Shown here piece after piece: positions 20,584-29,971 of a DNA stretch of 64,000 nt. Below the pieces are notes generated by a model. The model was not told the origin of the DNA. It saw only the letters and a list, made by a program, of their open reading frames with translations, and did not search any database. The stretch is from assembly GCA_963707215.1 (NCBI GenBank), contig CAVPPB010000003.1, forward strand, positions 1,472,001-1,536,000. The letters are read 5' to 3'. Source of the DNA: an uncultured Chloroflexia bacterium (GTDB taxonomy: Bacteria > Chloroflexota > Limnocylindria > Limnocylindrales > CSP1-4). A program made the translations under genes and the position numbers. The stretch's first letter is position 1. The number at the start of each line of letters is the position of its first letter.

Positions 20584-21906
20584 GTGGTCATCCCGATCGC
20601 TGGGCCGCCTCGCCGGGTCGTGCGGGCGAACCGCTCGGCGGACCGGCTGATCGCCCTCGGCGCCATCGCCGTCGCGGTGGCCTCGCTCATCGCCGCCCTG
20701 GCCTCGACGCTCCTGCCCCCCGAGGTCCGGCGCGGGGCGTGGCTGCCGCTCCACCTGGCGATGGCGGGCGCCGCGACGACGGCGATCGCCGGGGTCATGC
20801 CCTTCTTCTCGGCGGCACTGGCGGCAGCACCCCCGGCGTCGGCGACCCTCAGGTCGGTGGCCGTCGTGGCCGTCGTGGCGGGTGGATGGGCGGCGGCGAT
20901 CGGCGTGGTCGGGGCGTCGTCCGGTCTCGCGGTCATCGGCAGCATGACGTACGTCGCCGGGGTGAGCCTGACCGGCGTCGCAGTGATCGGGCCACTCCGC
21001 CATGGGCTGGGGCCCAGCCGGGGCCTCGTCACCGTGGGCTACGTCGGGGCGCTCTGCTCGGTGGCCATCGGAGCGAGCCTCGCGATCGTCTACCTTGCCG
21101 GCTGGCCCCCGCTGCTCGAGGCCTGGGCACGGGCGCGGCCGGCCCACGCCTGGCTGAACGTCTTCGGCTTCGTTTCGCTGGCGATCGCGACGACCCTGCT
21201 CCACTTCCTCCCGACCGTCATGGGAGCGCGGATCGTGCGACGCCGGAGCGCCGTGGTGGCGGTGGTCGGCATCGCCGGTGGCACCGCGCTCGTGGCCGCG
21301 GGCAGCCTGATCTCCCCGGACGCCCCCGAGGCCGCGGACGCGATGGCGCGCATCGGTGCCGTCGTGGCCCTGACCGGGTCGCTCGGCCTGGCCGTCTACG
21401 CTGGGCGGACCTGGCAGGCCCGTGCCCGCTGGACGTCGGACGCCGGGTGGCATCGCGTCGCGATGGGCGGCCTGGTCTCGGCCATCGCGTGGTTCCTGGT
21501 CGGCGTGGCGATCGGCGCCGGTCGGATCCTCGTCCACGGGGCCGACCCGGCCGGCTGGGCCTTCGAGGCGGTGGCAGGACCGCTCATGGTCGGCTGGGTC
21601 GGCCTCGCCATCGTCGCGTCAGCCACCCACCTGGTCCCGGCCGTCGGGCCCGGCAGCCCGGTGGCCCACGCACACCAGCGGGCGATCCTCGGCCGAGCCG
21701 GCACGACGCGGCTCGTCGCGATCGATCTCGGGGTCGCGGCCCTGGCGATCGGCCTGCCGACCCACGCGGTACCGCTGGTCGCGGTGGGGACGCTGCTGGT
21801 GGCGCTCGGGCTCGGCCTGACCGCGGTCCTGATGGCGACGGCGATCGCCGTCGGGCTGTCCCGGGAGGCGGTCCCCGGGACCGGACGGCCTAGGCGGCCT
21901 GGGTGA
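20584..21906 (+). CDS. Multi-pass membrane protein with intramembrane His (NnrS / haem-copper-oxidase-like fold suspected)
   Basis: About 12 TM; repeated WLPLHLAMAG...MPFF and AHAWLNVFGF...LLHFLPTV units. Confidence 0.65.
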   Translation: MVIPIAGPPRRVVRANRSADRLIALGAIAVAVASLIAALASTLLPPEVRRGAWLPLHLAMAGAATTAIAGVMPFFSAALAAAPPASATLRSVAVVAVVAGGWAAAIGVVGASSGLAVIGSMTYVAGVSLTGVAVIGPLRHGLGPSRGLVTVGYVGALCSVAIGASLAIVYLAGWPPLLEAWARARPAHAWLNVFGFVSLAIATTLLHFLPTVMGARIVRRRSAVVAVVGIAGGTALVAAGSLISPDAPEAADAMARIGAVVALTGSLGLAVYAGRTWQARARWTSDAGWHRVAMGGLVSAIAWFLVGVAIGAGRILVHGADPAGWAFEAVAGPLMVGWVGLAIVASATHLVPAVGPGSPVAHAHQRAILGRAGTTRLVAIDLGVAALAIGLPTHAVPLVAVGTLLVALGLGLTAVLMATAIAVGLSREAVPGTGRPRRPG

Positions 21907-24236
21907 CCAGCTCCGCGACCGTATCTTCGCCGAGCGAGTAGTAGAGCTCCTCCTCCTGGGCCATGTGGAGCCGCAGGATCGCGTCCAGACCGTAGAGCGC
22001 CCGCCGGAGGTCGGTCCGGTCGTCCGGGGTGGGCCCCTCGACCGGCAGCTCGGCGACCAGGCCGTCGTAGAGCCGGATGAGATGGAAGATCTCAGTGTGG
22101 GTGCGATGGAGCGCGGCGGTGGCGTCGTCGCTGCCCAGGGCGGCCGCGAGCGTCGGATAGACCGCCCGGTCCTCGGCGATCTCGTGGGGCACGAGCGTGT
22201 CGACGAGGAACTCCCGGATGGACATGAGCTCGCCCATCGCGTCGGACGCGGGCATGGTGTCGAGCCGGTCGGCGATCCCGCGCAGCCGGGCGATCCCGGG
22301 GGCGAGCTCGCGATGCTCGGCCGTGAGGCGCTTGCGTGTCTCGTCCCAGCCGGCGATCCGGATCGGCCGCTCCACCCCGCCTCTCAGGGCCCGAAGCGCG
22401 TTGAGGATCACCACCACGTCGATGGCCTCCTGCAGCAGGGCACCGGCGACGACGGGCAGGAATCCGAAGGCGGCCAGGAGCATCGCCGCGAGCGACATCC
22501 CCATCCCCGCGACGACGCTCTGGATCGCGATCCGGCGGGAGTGCCGAGCGATCCGCACCGCCTCGGCGAGGCGGTCGAGACGATCCACGGTGATGACCAG
22601 GTCGGCGGCCTCCGATGATGCCGTCGCCCCGCGGGCGCCCATGGCAACGCCAACGTCGGCCGCCGCCAGGGCAGGGGCGTCGTTGATCCCGTCGCCGACC
22701 ATGACGAGGGGGCCGTCGGCGAGGTCGCGCTCGGCTACCACAGCGTCGACCTTGTCGGCCGGGGTCCGGTCGGCCAGGACCCCGTCGAGCCCGATGGCCG
22801 CCCCCACGAGCTCGGCGACCGAGTGGTGGTCGCCGGTCACCATGAGGATCCGCGAGAAGCCCGCCTTGCGCAGCGACCGGACCGCTCGCGGCGTCTCGGG
22901 ACGGACCGGGTCGTCCATGACGAGGGCCCCGGCGAGCTGGCCATCGACCCGGACGAAGACATTGGTGGCGCCTTCAAGGGTGGCCCGCCGGCGGAGCTCG
23001 CGGGCCCAGGCTGGCAGCGGCCCTCCGGCAGCGGCGAAGCCGGCCGAGCCGACGGCGACCTCCCGTCCGTCGACACGCCCGGTGACCCCGGCGCCGGGCA
23101 GCTCGGTGACGGCCTCAGGGACCGGCAGGATCAGCCCTCGCTCTCGGGCCGCGTGGACGATGGCCGCGCCGAGCACATGGGGAGACGCTTGCTCGAGGCC
23201 CGCCGCCAGGCGCAGGATCTCGCCCGGGTCACCGTCGGCCGCCTCGATCGTCGCGACGTGCGGGCGACCGGCGGTCAACGTACCGGTCTTGTCGAACAGG
23301 AGGACCCTGGCTCGACCCAGGGTCTCGAGCGGGCCACCGCCCTTGACGATGATCCCCCGGCGCGCGGCTCGTCGAGATGCCGGCGACGATCGCGATCGGC
23401 GCGGCGAGCAGCAGCGGGCACGGGGTCGCGACGACGAGGACCGCGAGCGCCCTGATCGGGTCTCCCGAGATGAGCCAGGCGAGGCCGGCGACCGCCAGGG
23501 CCAGGGGCACGAAGAGGATCGCGTAGCGATCGGCCAGGCGGACGAACGGCGCCTTGGAGCGTCCTGCCTCCTCGACGAGGCGGACGATGCCCGCGTAGGT
23601 GCTCTCCTCGGCCGTCGCGATGACCTGGAGGTCGAACGGGCTGCCTGCGTTGACGACGCCGCTGCTGACCGTGTCGCCTTCCTCACGGGTCACCAGGCGG
23701 CTCTCACCGGTCAGGGCGGCCTCATCGAGGATCGCGGGGGCACCCCGGACGACGCCGTCCACCGGCACGACCTCGCCAGGGCGGACCAGCAGGCGATCGC
23801 CGGGCACGACCGCGCCGATCGGCACGGTCGCCAGTCCTTCGTCGACATAGCGGTGGACGTCCTGGGGGGCCCGACCCAGGAGGGCGGACAGCTCGCGCTG
23901 GGCACGTCCCTCCGCATACGTCTCCAGGGCCTGGCCCGTCGCGAGCATGACGCCGATGACGGCTGCCGCGAATGCCTCGCCGAGGGCCAGGGCGCCGCCG
24001 ATGGCCAGGATGGCGATGACGTCCACGCCGGCCTTGCCGCCGATGAGGTCCCGGACGATCGAGATGGTCAGGTCGGCACCGACGACGACCGCGGGGAGGG
24101 CCCAGGCCCAGAACGCCAGGTCCTCGCGGCCGACCCACGTGAGGACGAGGCCGACGACGAGACCGACGACGGTCAGGACGAGCAGGCCGACCTGACGTAG
24201 CCACGAGGTCGCGGTGGCGATGGCGCCGGTGCTCAC
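21890..24236 (-). pseudogene. Heavy-metal P1B-5-type ATPase with C-terminal hemerythrin domain, one +1 frameshift at about 23372 (possibly sequencing error)
   Basis: LTGES, TPCPLLLA, DKTGTLT, HVL, TGD, GDGINDAPALA, QEAIDV; tail EHREL..HEIAED..H..HMAQEEE; deleting T23372 gives AGISRAARRGIIVKGG. Confidence 0.88.
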
Positions 24237-24368
24237 CCGAAGAGGGTAGGCCAAGGCCGCCGTCGGCGATGGCTGCCGCTCGGCACGGCTGGGTGTGCCG
24301 AGCGGCCCGGGCCGTGCATCGGGCGACCGCCGGACCTCAGTCCGGACGTTCCGTGGGGCGGTCTCTTT

Positions 24369-24399
24369 ATTGGACTGTCTCCAATCTGGTTGCTACCAT
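24369..24399 (+). promoter_or_regulatory. dps-fur promoter with palindromic Fur-family operator
   Basis: ATTGGA-CTGTC-TCCAAT (24369-24385) overlapping -35 TTGGAC; TGn-extended -10 TACCAT at 24394-24399. Confidence 0.7.
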
Positions 24400-24437
24400 C
24401 GGCCGGACCACAGCGACCGATATCTCCGGAGGACACC

Positions 24438-24899
24438 ATGACGACCATGACCCAGCCCGCTCCGAGCGAGACCATCACGTCCGCGCTCCAGGACAGTCTC
24501 GTCGAGCTCATCGACCTGTCGCTGCAGGCGAAGCAGTACCACTGGAACGTCGTCGGGCCGCAGTTCCGAGCGGTCCATCTGCAGCTCGACGAGATCACCG
24601 ATGCGGTCCGCCTGGCATCCGACGACGTGGCCGAGAGACTGTCCGCCCTCGGCGTGCCGCCGGACGGGCGCGTCTCGACGGTAGCCGACACGACCCCGAT
24701 CCCGGCGGTGGGGGCCGGTTGGCAGCGTGACGGGGACACCGTCGAGCAGATGGCCGAGCGGCTGACGACCGTCGCCGGCGAGCTGCGTCGACGAGCGATC
24801 GAGATCGGCGATAGCGACCTGATGTCACAGGGCATCCTCGTCGAGATCGGGACGGCCCTGGAGAAGCAGGCCTGGATGCTGCGCGCCCAGGTCGCATGA
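24438..24899 (+). CDS. dps: Dps DNA-protection ferritin-like protein
   Basis: KQYHWNVVGPQFRAVHLQLDE, DDVAERL, LEKQAWML. Confidence 0.95.
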   Translation: MTTMTQPAPSETITSALQDSLVELIDLSLQAKQYHWNVVGPQFRAVHLQLDEITDAVRLASDDVAERLSALGVPPDGRVSTVADTTPIPAVGAGWQRDGDTVEQMAERLTTVAGELRRRAIEIGDSDLMSQGILVEIGTALEKQAWMLRAQVA

Positions 24900-25336
24900 C
24901 CGTCGACCCGGCGGCCCGCCTGCGCGGTGCCGGCCTGCGGGTGACCCTGCAACGGATCGGGATCCTGGAGGCGATGGCCGAGATCGGGGGCCATCCGACC
25001 GCGGACCAGATCCGCCAGGCCCTGGCCGACGACGGGCGGGCGGTGCCCCGGGCCAGCCTCTACCACGCGCTCGGCACGTTGTCGGCCGCCGGGGTCCTGA
25101 TCGTCGCCGATGCGGGGCCGGGCACGGCCCGCTACGAGCTGGCCAACGAGTGGCACCACCATCTCGTCTGTCGGGCCTGTGGGTCCATCAGCGACGTCCC
25201 CTGTGCCCAGGGCTCGGCGCCGTGCCTGGAGCCGGACCTGGACGGGGTCCGGGTGGACGAAGCACAGGTCATCTTCCGCGGTCTCTGCGCGTCGTGCGCA
25301 GCGTCGAACGGGATCAGATCGAGCCGATCCGCCTGA
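24896..25336 (+). CDS. Fur family regulator (FurA/PerR-like)
   Basis: LRGAGLRVTLQR, HPTADQI, HHHLVCRACG, GLCASC; ATGA overlap with dps. Confidence 0.92.
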   Translation: MTVDPAARLRGAGLRVTLQRIGILEAMAEIGGHPTADQIRQALADDGRAVPRASLYHALGTLSAAGVLIVADAGPGTARYELANEWHHHLVCRACGSISDVPCAQGSAPCLEPDLDGVRVDEAQVIFRGLCASCAASNGIRSSRSA

Positions 25337-26162
25337 TCAGGGGCCGACCTCCATCGGCCGGGCGGGCGGGCGCGTTGACCTCGTCCCGCCAGGCCAGCCA
25401 GGCCGCACCGCGCTGGACTCCCCAGTCCGGGCCGTTGAAGCCGAGGGTGAACTGGCTGAAGCCCATGGCGACGTAGGTCGGAGCATCCTCGTCGAGGAAC
25501 CGCTCAAGGTCGTCCGGCTCGACGCCCACCGCCCACTCGATCTCGCTCGGATCGCGACCGATCTCGGCGCACCAGCCCCGCAGCGCCTCCACGGCGGGCT
25601 CCAGTTCGTCCGGCCGATCCGGGAACGCCGCGTGCCAGGCGTCGGCATGGCGGGCCACCAGCCGGAGCGTCCTTCGGAGCCCCGTGCCGGCGATGAGGAG
25701 CGGCATCTTGCGCATCGGCGGCGGTTCCAGGGCGGACAAGCGGTCCTCGATGACCGGCAGGGCGTCGCCCAGCGAAGCAAGCCTCGAGCCGAACGTCCCG
25801 AACTCATAGCCATAGGCCTCGTAGTCGCGACGGAACCAACCCGCACCGACGCCCAGGATCGCCCTCCCGGCGCTCACGTGGTCGACGGTCCGCGCGACGT
25901 CCGCGAGCAGGTTCGGGTTGCGGTAGCTGTTGCAGGCGACGAGAGGCCCGAGCTCGATGCGATGCGTCGCCTCGGCCCAGGCAGCGAGCAGGGACCAGCA
26001 CTCGAAGTGGGGTCCGTCCGGTTCTCCGTAGAGCGGGAAGAAGTGGTCCCAGGTGTAGACGATGTCGTAGCCGAGTCGCTCGGCCTCGACGGCTGCGTCG
26101 CGGATGTCTCGATACGTGCCGTGCTGGGGGTGAAGCTGGGCGGCGATGCGGATGGGACGCAC
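25314..26162 (-). CDS. LLM class F420-dependent oxidoreductase
   Basis: WDHFFPLYG, ECWSLLAAWA, LVACNSYRNPNLLAD, GVGAGWF. Confidence 0.92.
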   Translation of the reverse strand: MRPIRIAAQLHPQHGTYRDIRDAAVEAERLGYDIVYTWDHFFPLYGEPDGPHFECWSLLAAWAEATHRIELGPLVACNSYRNPNLLADVARTVDHVSAGRAILGVGAGWFRRDYEAYGYEFGTFGSRLASLGDALPVIEDRLSALEPPPMRKMPLLIAGTGLRRTLRLVARHADAWHAAFPDRPDELEPAVEALRGWCAEIGRDPSEIEWAVGVEPDDLERFLDEDAPTYVAMGFSQFTLGFNGPDWGVQRGAAWLAWRDEVNAPARPADGGRPLIRRIGSI

Positions 26163-26190
26163 GGGTCGACTCCTCGGGCGGTGTCGGCAT

Positions 26191-26221
26191 ATCGTGAACC
26201 TTCCTTCTGCAGGAAGGTCAA
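26191..26221 (-). promoter_or_regulatory. MerR-type promoter (19-bp spacer with dyad) for the LLM oxidoreductase
   Basis: Minus strand TTGACC-N19-CACGAT; dyad ACCTTCCT-N5-AGGAAGGT at 26198-26218. Confidence 0.85.
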
Positions 26222-26237
26222 GGGGTATCCTCGGGGG

Positions 26238-27095
26238 ATGTTCCGGATCAGCGCCTTCGCCCGACTCGCTGGCGTATCGGCCAGGATGCTCCGGGCCTGG
26301 GACGAGCTCGGGCTGTTCAGGCCGGTCTGGGTGGATCGCTCGAACGGCTATCGCTACTACTCGCCGGCGCAGCTGCCCGAGCTTCGACGGATCCTTGCCC
26401 TACGCGACGTCGGTGTGCCACTTGCCGAGCTGACCGAGCTCGTCAGCGGCGGCGCGGACCTGCGAGCCATCCTGGAGCGCCGTCGGTCCGAGCTCGAGCG
26501 TGAGCGGCTCGAGATCGAGCGTCGACTCCGAGCGCTCGAGATCTCCGTGGAGACCATCCCGGCCGACGTCACCGACCCGGCGGCTTCCCGGATCGACGGG
26601 ATCGGGGCAGCTGACCGGCTCCGACCTGCCTGGGACGTGGTCGTCCGTCCGGTCGCCGCCGAGCGAGTCGCGACGTACACGCTGGGACCGATGGCCCTTG
26701 ACCTGGGACCGGCCTTCTACGAGCTGGAGGCATACGTCCGAGACGCGGGGCGTCGCGCCCCGCGCCCGCCCGGGTCCATCGTCGGATCCGATGGTCACGA
26801 CCGGACGATCTTCGTGCCGGTGACCGGACCGATCGAGCCGCGTGATCCGATCGGCTGGCGCACGCTGCCGGCCTGCCGTGCAGCATCGGTCATCCACCGG
26901 GGCAGCTACGAGGGACTCGCCGAGGCGCAGGGTGCGCTGGTGCGCTGGGTCGGTGCGGCGTCCCTGTCACCCGCGGGCGCGATCCGGATCCTCTACCTGC
27001 AGTTCGGTGCCGAGCCCGAGCTCCGAGTCCCGCCCGGCTATGTCGTCGAGCGAGCCGACGACTTCGTGACCGAGGTGCAGCTCCCCCTGGCGTGA
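26238..27095 (+). CDS. MerR family regulator with GyrI-like effector domain (BmrR-like)
   Basis: MFRISAFARLAGVSARMLRAWDELGLFRP..NGYRYYS; ASVIHRGSYEGL; VTEVQLPL. Confidence 0.92.
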   Translation: MFRISAFARLAGVSARMLRAWDELGLFRPVWVDRSNGYRYYSPAQLPELRRILALRDVGVPLAELTELVSGGADLRAILERRRSELERERLEIERRLRALEISVETIPADVTDPAASRIDGIGAADRLRPAWDVVVRPVAAERVATYTLGPMALDLGPAFYELEAYVRDAGRRAPRPPGSIVGSDGHDRTIFVPVTGPIEPRDPIGWRTLPACRAASVIHRGSYEGLAEAQGALVRWVGAASLSPAGAIRILYLQFGAEPELRVPPGYVVERADDFVTEVQLPLA

Positions 27096-27182
27096 AGGGC
27101 CGTGTCATCGGCTGATCCCGGGTACGGGGGTCAGGGCGCGTGGCAGGGGCGCCTCGCTGGGAGGCGTCGCGCCCGCCAGTGA

Positions 27183-29117
27183 TCAGCCGGTGCAGACCGT
27201 CATGGGAGCGGTGGCAGCGACGACCGCCGGACCACCCAGAAGGACGACCTTGCTCGGTCCGAGGCGGGCGAGCTCGGCCGCGACGACCGGCGGCAGGCAG
27301 TCCTTCCGGGTCAGCAGGAGTGGGCTCTCGGCGCGGGCCGCCGCAGGGACCCCGGCGAGGGCATCGGGGAAGTTCGTGCCGGTGGCCAGGAAGACGGTGG
27401 TGGCGCCGGCCTCGAAGACCGACGCGCTGATGTCGGCGCTCGTGGCGTAGCGGTCGGCGCCCCACCAGCGGCTGACCGGGACGGCGGGGTAGGCGGCCCC
27501 TAGCTCGGCCACGACCGCGGGACCGAGGACCCCGGGGCCGCCGAGGAGGACGAACTCGGTCGGGGTGAGCGTCGCAAGGGCGGCCATCGTCGGGACGGGC
27601 ACATCGCTCGCGGTCGCCAGGACGATCGGCGCCTCGATCGCCGCCGCGGCGGCGCCCCCGGAGAGCGCGTCAGGGAAGTCCCTCCCCGTGGCGACGAAGA
27701 CCCGCCCGACGTAGCCGGTGAAGCGGTCCTCCACGACCGCGGCCGCGGTGGCATAGCGATCGGGACCCGCGAGCCTCGTGACCGAGCCAGTCGTGTACGG
27801 CCTGAGCGCGGTCAGGACGGACCCTGAGACGGCGGCGGGGCCGCCGAGGACCCGGATCTTCGCGGGCCGCAGGCGGCTCAGCTCGGCCGCCACGACAGCC
27901 GGGATCGCGTCGCGGGTGACCAGCAGGACCGGGCCGCCCTCCGCCGCTGCCGCCGGGCCCCCGGCGAGGGCATCCGGGAAGTCCTGCCCGGTGGCGACGT
28001 AGGCGACCGGGACCGGCGGGCTCGGGAAGGTCGCCGCGCTGATCGCCGCCGCAGTGGCGTAGCGGTCGGGACCCGAGAGGCGGGCGACGGTCGGCGGAGC
28101 CGTCCCGGTCGCGACGAGGTGATCGATCGCGCCGCCGTCGGGGACCGCCGCGTTCGCGAGGTCGATGACCGCCTGGGTCGCCCCGTCGAACCTGGGGCCG
28201 TACAGCCTCGGATCGCCGGGGATCCGGTACGAGCTGACCGACCCCACCGACCCGGAGCCGTCTGCCGGATCCGACGAGCCAAGGAGCCACGGCCCGCCGG
28301 ATGCGCCCGGCGTCATGTCGCATGGCGTCCCCCAGCCACCGACCAGGGCCGACAGCTCGACCATGCCCGTGCAGCGGACCAGCCGATCGCCGTCGAACGG
28401 CGCGGCTGCCGGGTAGCCGAAGACGTCGACCGGGTCGCCGGCCGGCACGGTCCCGATCCGCACGGGGTAGGCGCCGAGCGAGTCGAGCTGGCCACCGCCG
28501 TGGAGCCCCTGGCCGACCACGGCCACCGCGTAGTCGTGCTGGGCCGCGGCGACGCTCAACCCGTCCTCGGCCGCGTAGGCAGCGTGGATGACCAGTGCAC
28601 CGGCCACCCAGCAGTCGCGGGCGACCGTGGCGCAGTCGTACGTGGGGGCAGCATCCCAGTCGGGCACGAAGATCCAGTCCGACGCCCAGACGTGGTCCTC
28701 GTTGTCGTAGGCGCAGTGCGCAGCCGTGAGGACGAGCGAGCGACCCGGGTCGCCATCGTCCTGGATGACCGACCCTGAGCAGACGAAGTCGTCTCCGCCG
28801 ACGGTCAGGAAGATCTTCCCGGACCGTGCCGCGATGGCGCCGCCGCCGTCCCAGGGTGCGCTCACGGGGTCCAGGCCCAAGGCAGGCGCTGCTGGATCGC
28901 TCTCCGCCCGGGACACGCCCGCCGGTGGGATCGATCCGACCAGGGTCACGTCGAGCGGAGTCGCCGACCGCATACGCTCCTCGGTCCAGTGGGTCAGCGC
29001 CCGTACCCGCGAGGCCTCGGATCGGTCCGCGGCCAGTGTCGGAGCCGGCCACGGAGCGACAGCCGCGGCGACGAGCAGCACCGCCAGGAACACGGGGCGG
29101 ACGGGCGAGTGGCGCAT
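27183..29117 (-). CDS. Secreted trypsin-like serine protease with three cell-wall-binding-2 (CWB2) repeats
   Basis: Signal peptide; TAAHC, HDYAV, PGASGGPW triad; 3x RLxGxDRYAT...ATGxxFPDAL. Confidence 0.9.
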   Translation of the reverse strand: MRHSPVRPVFLAVLLVAAAVAPWPAPTLAADRSEASRVRALTHWTEERMRSATPLDVTLVGSIPPAGVSRAESDPAAPALGLDPVSAPWDGGGAIAARSGKIFLTVGGDDFVCSGSVIQDDGDPGRSLVLTAAHCAYDNEDHVWASDWIFVPDWDAAPTYDCATVARDCWVAGALVIHAAYAAEDGLSVAAAQHDYAVAVVGQGLHGGGQLDSLGAYPVRIGTVPAGDPVDVFGYPAAAPFDGDRLVRCTGMVELSALVGGWGTPCDMTPGASGGPWLLGSSDPADGSGSVGSVSSYRIPGDPRLYGPRFDGATQAVIDLANAAVPDGGAIDHLVATGTAPPTVARLSGPDRYATAAAISAATFPSPPVPVAYVATGQDFPDALAGGPAAAAEGGPVLLVTRDAIPAVVAAELSRLRPAKIRVLGGPAAVSGSVLTALRPYTTGSVTRLAGPDRYATAAAVVEDRFTGYVGRVFVATGRDFPDALSGGAAAAAIEAPIVLATASDVPVPTMAALATLTPTEFVLLGGPGVLGPAVVAELGAAYPAVPVSRWWGADRYATSADISASVFEAGATTVFLATGTNFPDALAGVPAAARAESPLLLTRKDCLPPVVAAELARLGPSKVVLLGGPAVVAATAPMTVCTG

Positions 29118-29233
29118 CGACGGACCTCCGTCGTAGAGACGGGCGGGGCGAGCGGTCGTTGCCCTCGCCGCGCGATGGTACGCCCTGGACGTCGGGATGG
29201 AGCCCGGGCCACGACCCGCGTCGCTGCGGGGTC

Positions 29234-29971
29234 TCAGCCTCGGCGCTGGAGGGTCAGGTAGGCGATCCCGAGGCCGCCGGCGCACCAGGCTGCGAGCAGC
29301 GCCCAGGCCCCGATGGACATCGGGAAGGTCGAGGCGGCGACGGTGCCCCGGATGACCTCGCCCATGGCCTGGACGGGCAGCAGGGCGTGGACGGCCTGGA
29401 GCCAGTCGGGCAGGCGCTCGGGCGGGAAGTTGAGGGGCGAGAACATCAGGACGAAGACGACCAGCACCTGGGTCAGGAGCATGGCGATCGTCGGCGGCAG
29501 CACCGAGGCCATCGCATAGCCGACCGACGCTGACGTCAGCGCCACCAGGAGGAACGCCGGCACGACCAGCGGGCTGACGTCGAGGTCGAGCCCGAAGCGG
29601 ACGACCCCGATGCCGAGGGCAAAGACGACGCCGGGCAGCACGATGGCCATCCAGACCGTCAGGTCGGCGAAGAGGTAGACGAGGCGGGGTACGGGCAGGG
29701 CACGCATGTACTCGAGGGTCCCGGCCGTCTTGGCCTGGGCGACGACCTGTGGCACCGCCACGAGCCCCATCGTGATGAGCGTGATCGCCGGCGCTCCGGT
29801 CGCCAGGAAGAGCACGGTGACCGGATCGATCTCCGGGAAGAGCAGCGGATAGCCGATCACGATCCCCAGCGCGAAGAGCGACTGGACCACCATCGCCAGC
29901 GGCAGGAAGCCCTTGAGGCGAAGCGCCTGCCAGCGGACCAGGAGGGTGTAGCTACGCAGCGAGGACATCAT
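29234..29971 (-). CDS. ABC-2 type exporter permease
   Basis: 6 TM; GTLEYMRALPV, FSPLNFPPERLPDWLQ. Confidence 0.9.
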   Translation of the reverse strand: MMSSLRSYTLLVRWQALRLKGFLPLAMVVQSLFALGIVIGYPLLFPEIDPVTVLFLATGAPAITLITMGLVAVPQVVAQAKTAGTLEYMRALPVPRLVYLFADLTVWMAIVLPGVVFALGIGVVRFGLDLDVSPLVVPAFLLVALTSASVGYAMASVLPPTIAMLLTQVLVVFVLMFSPLNFPPERLPDWLQAVHALLPVQAMGEVIRGTVAASTFPMSIGAWALLAAWCAGGLGIAYLTLQRRG

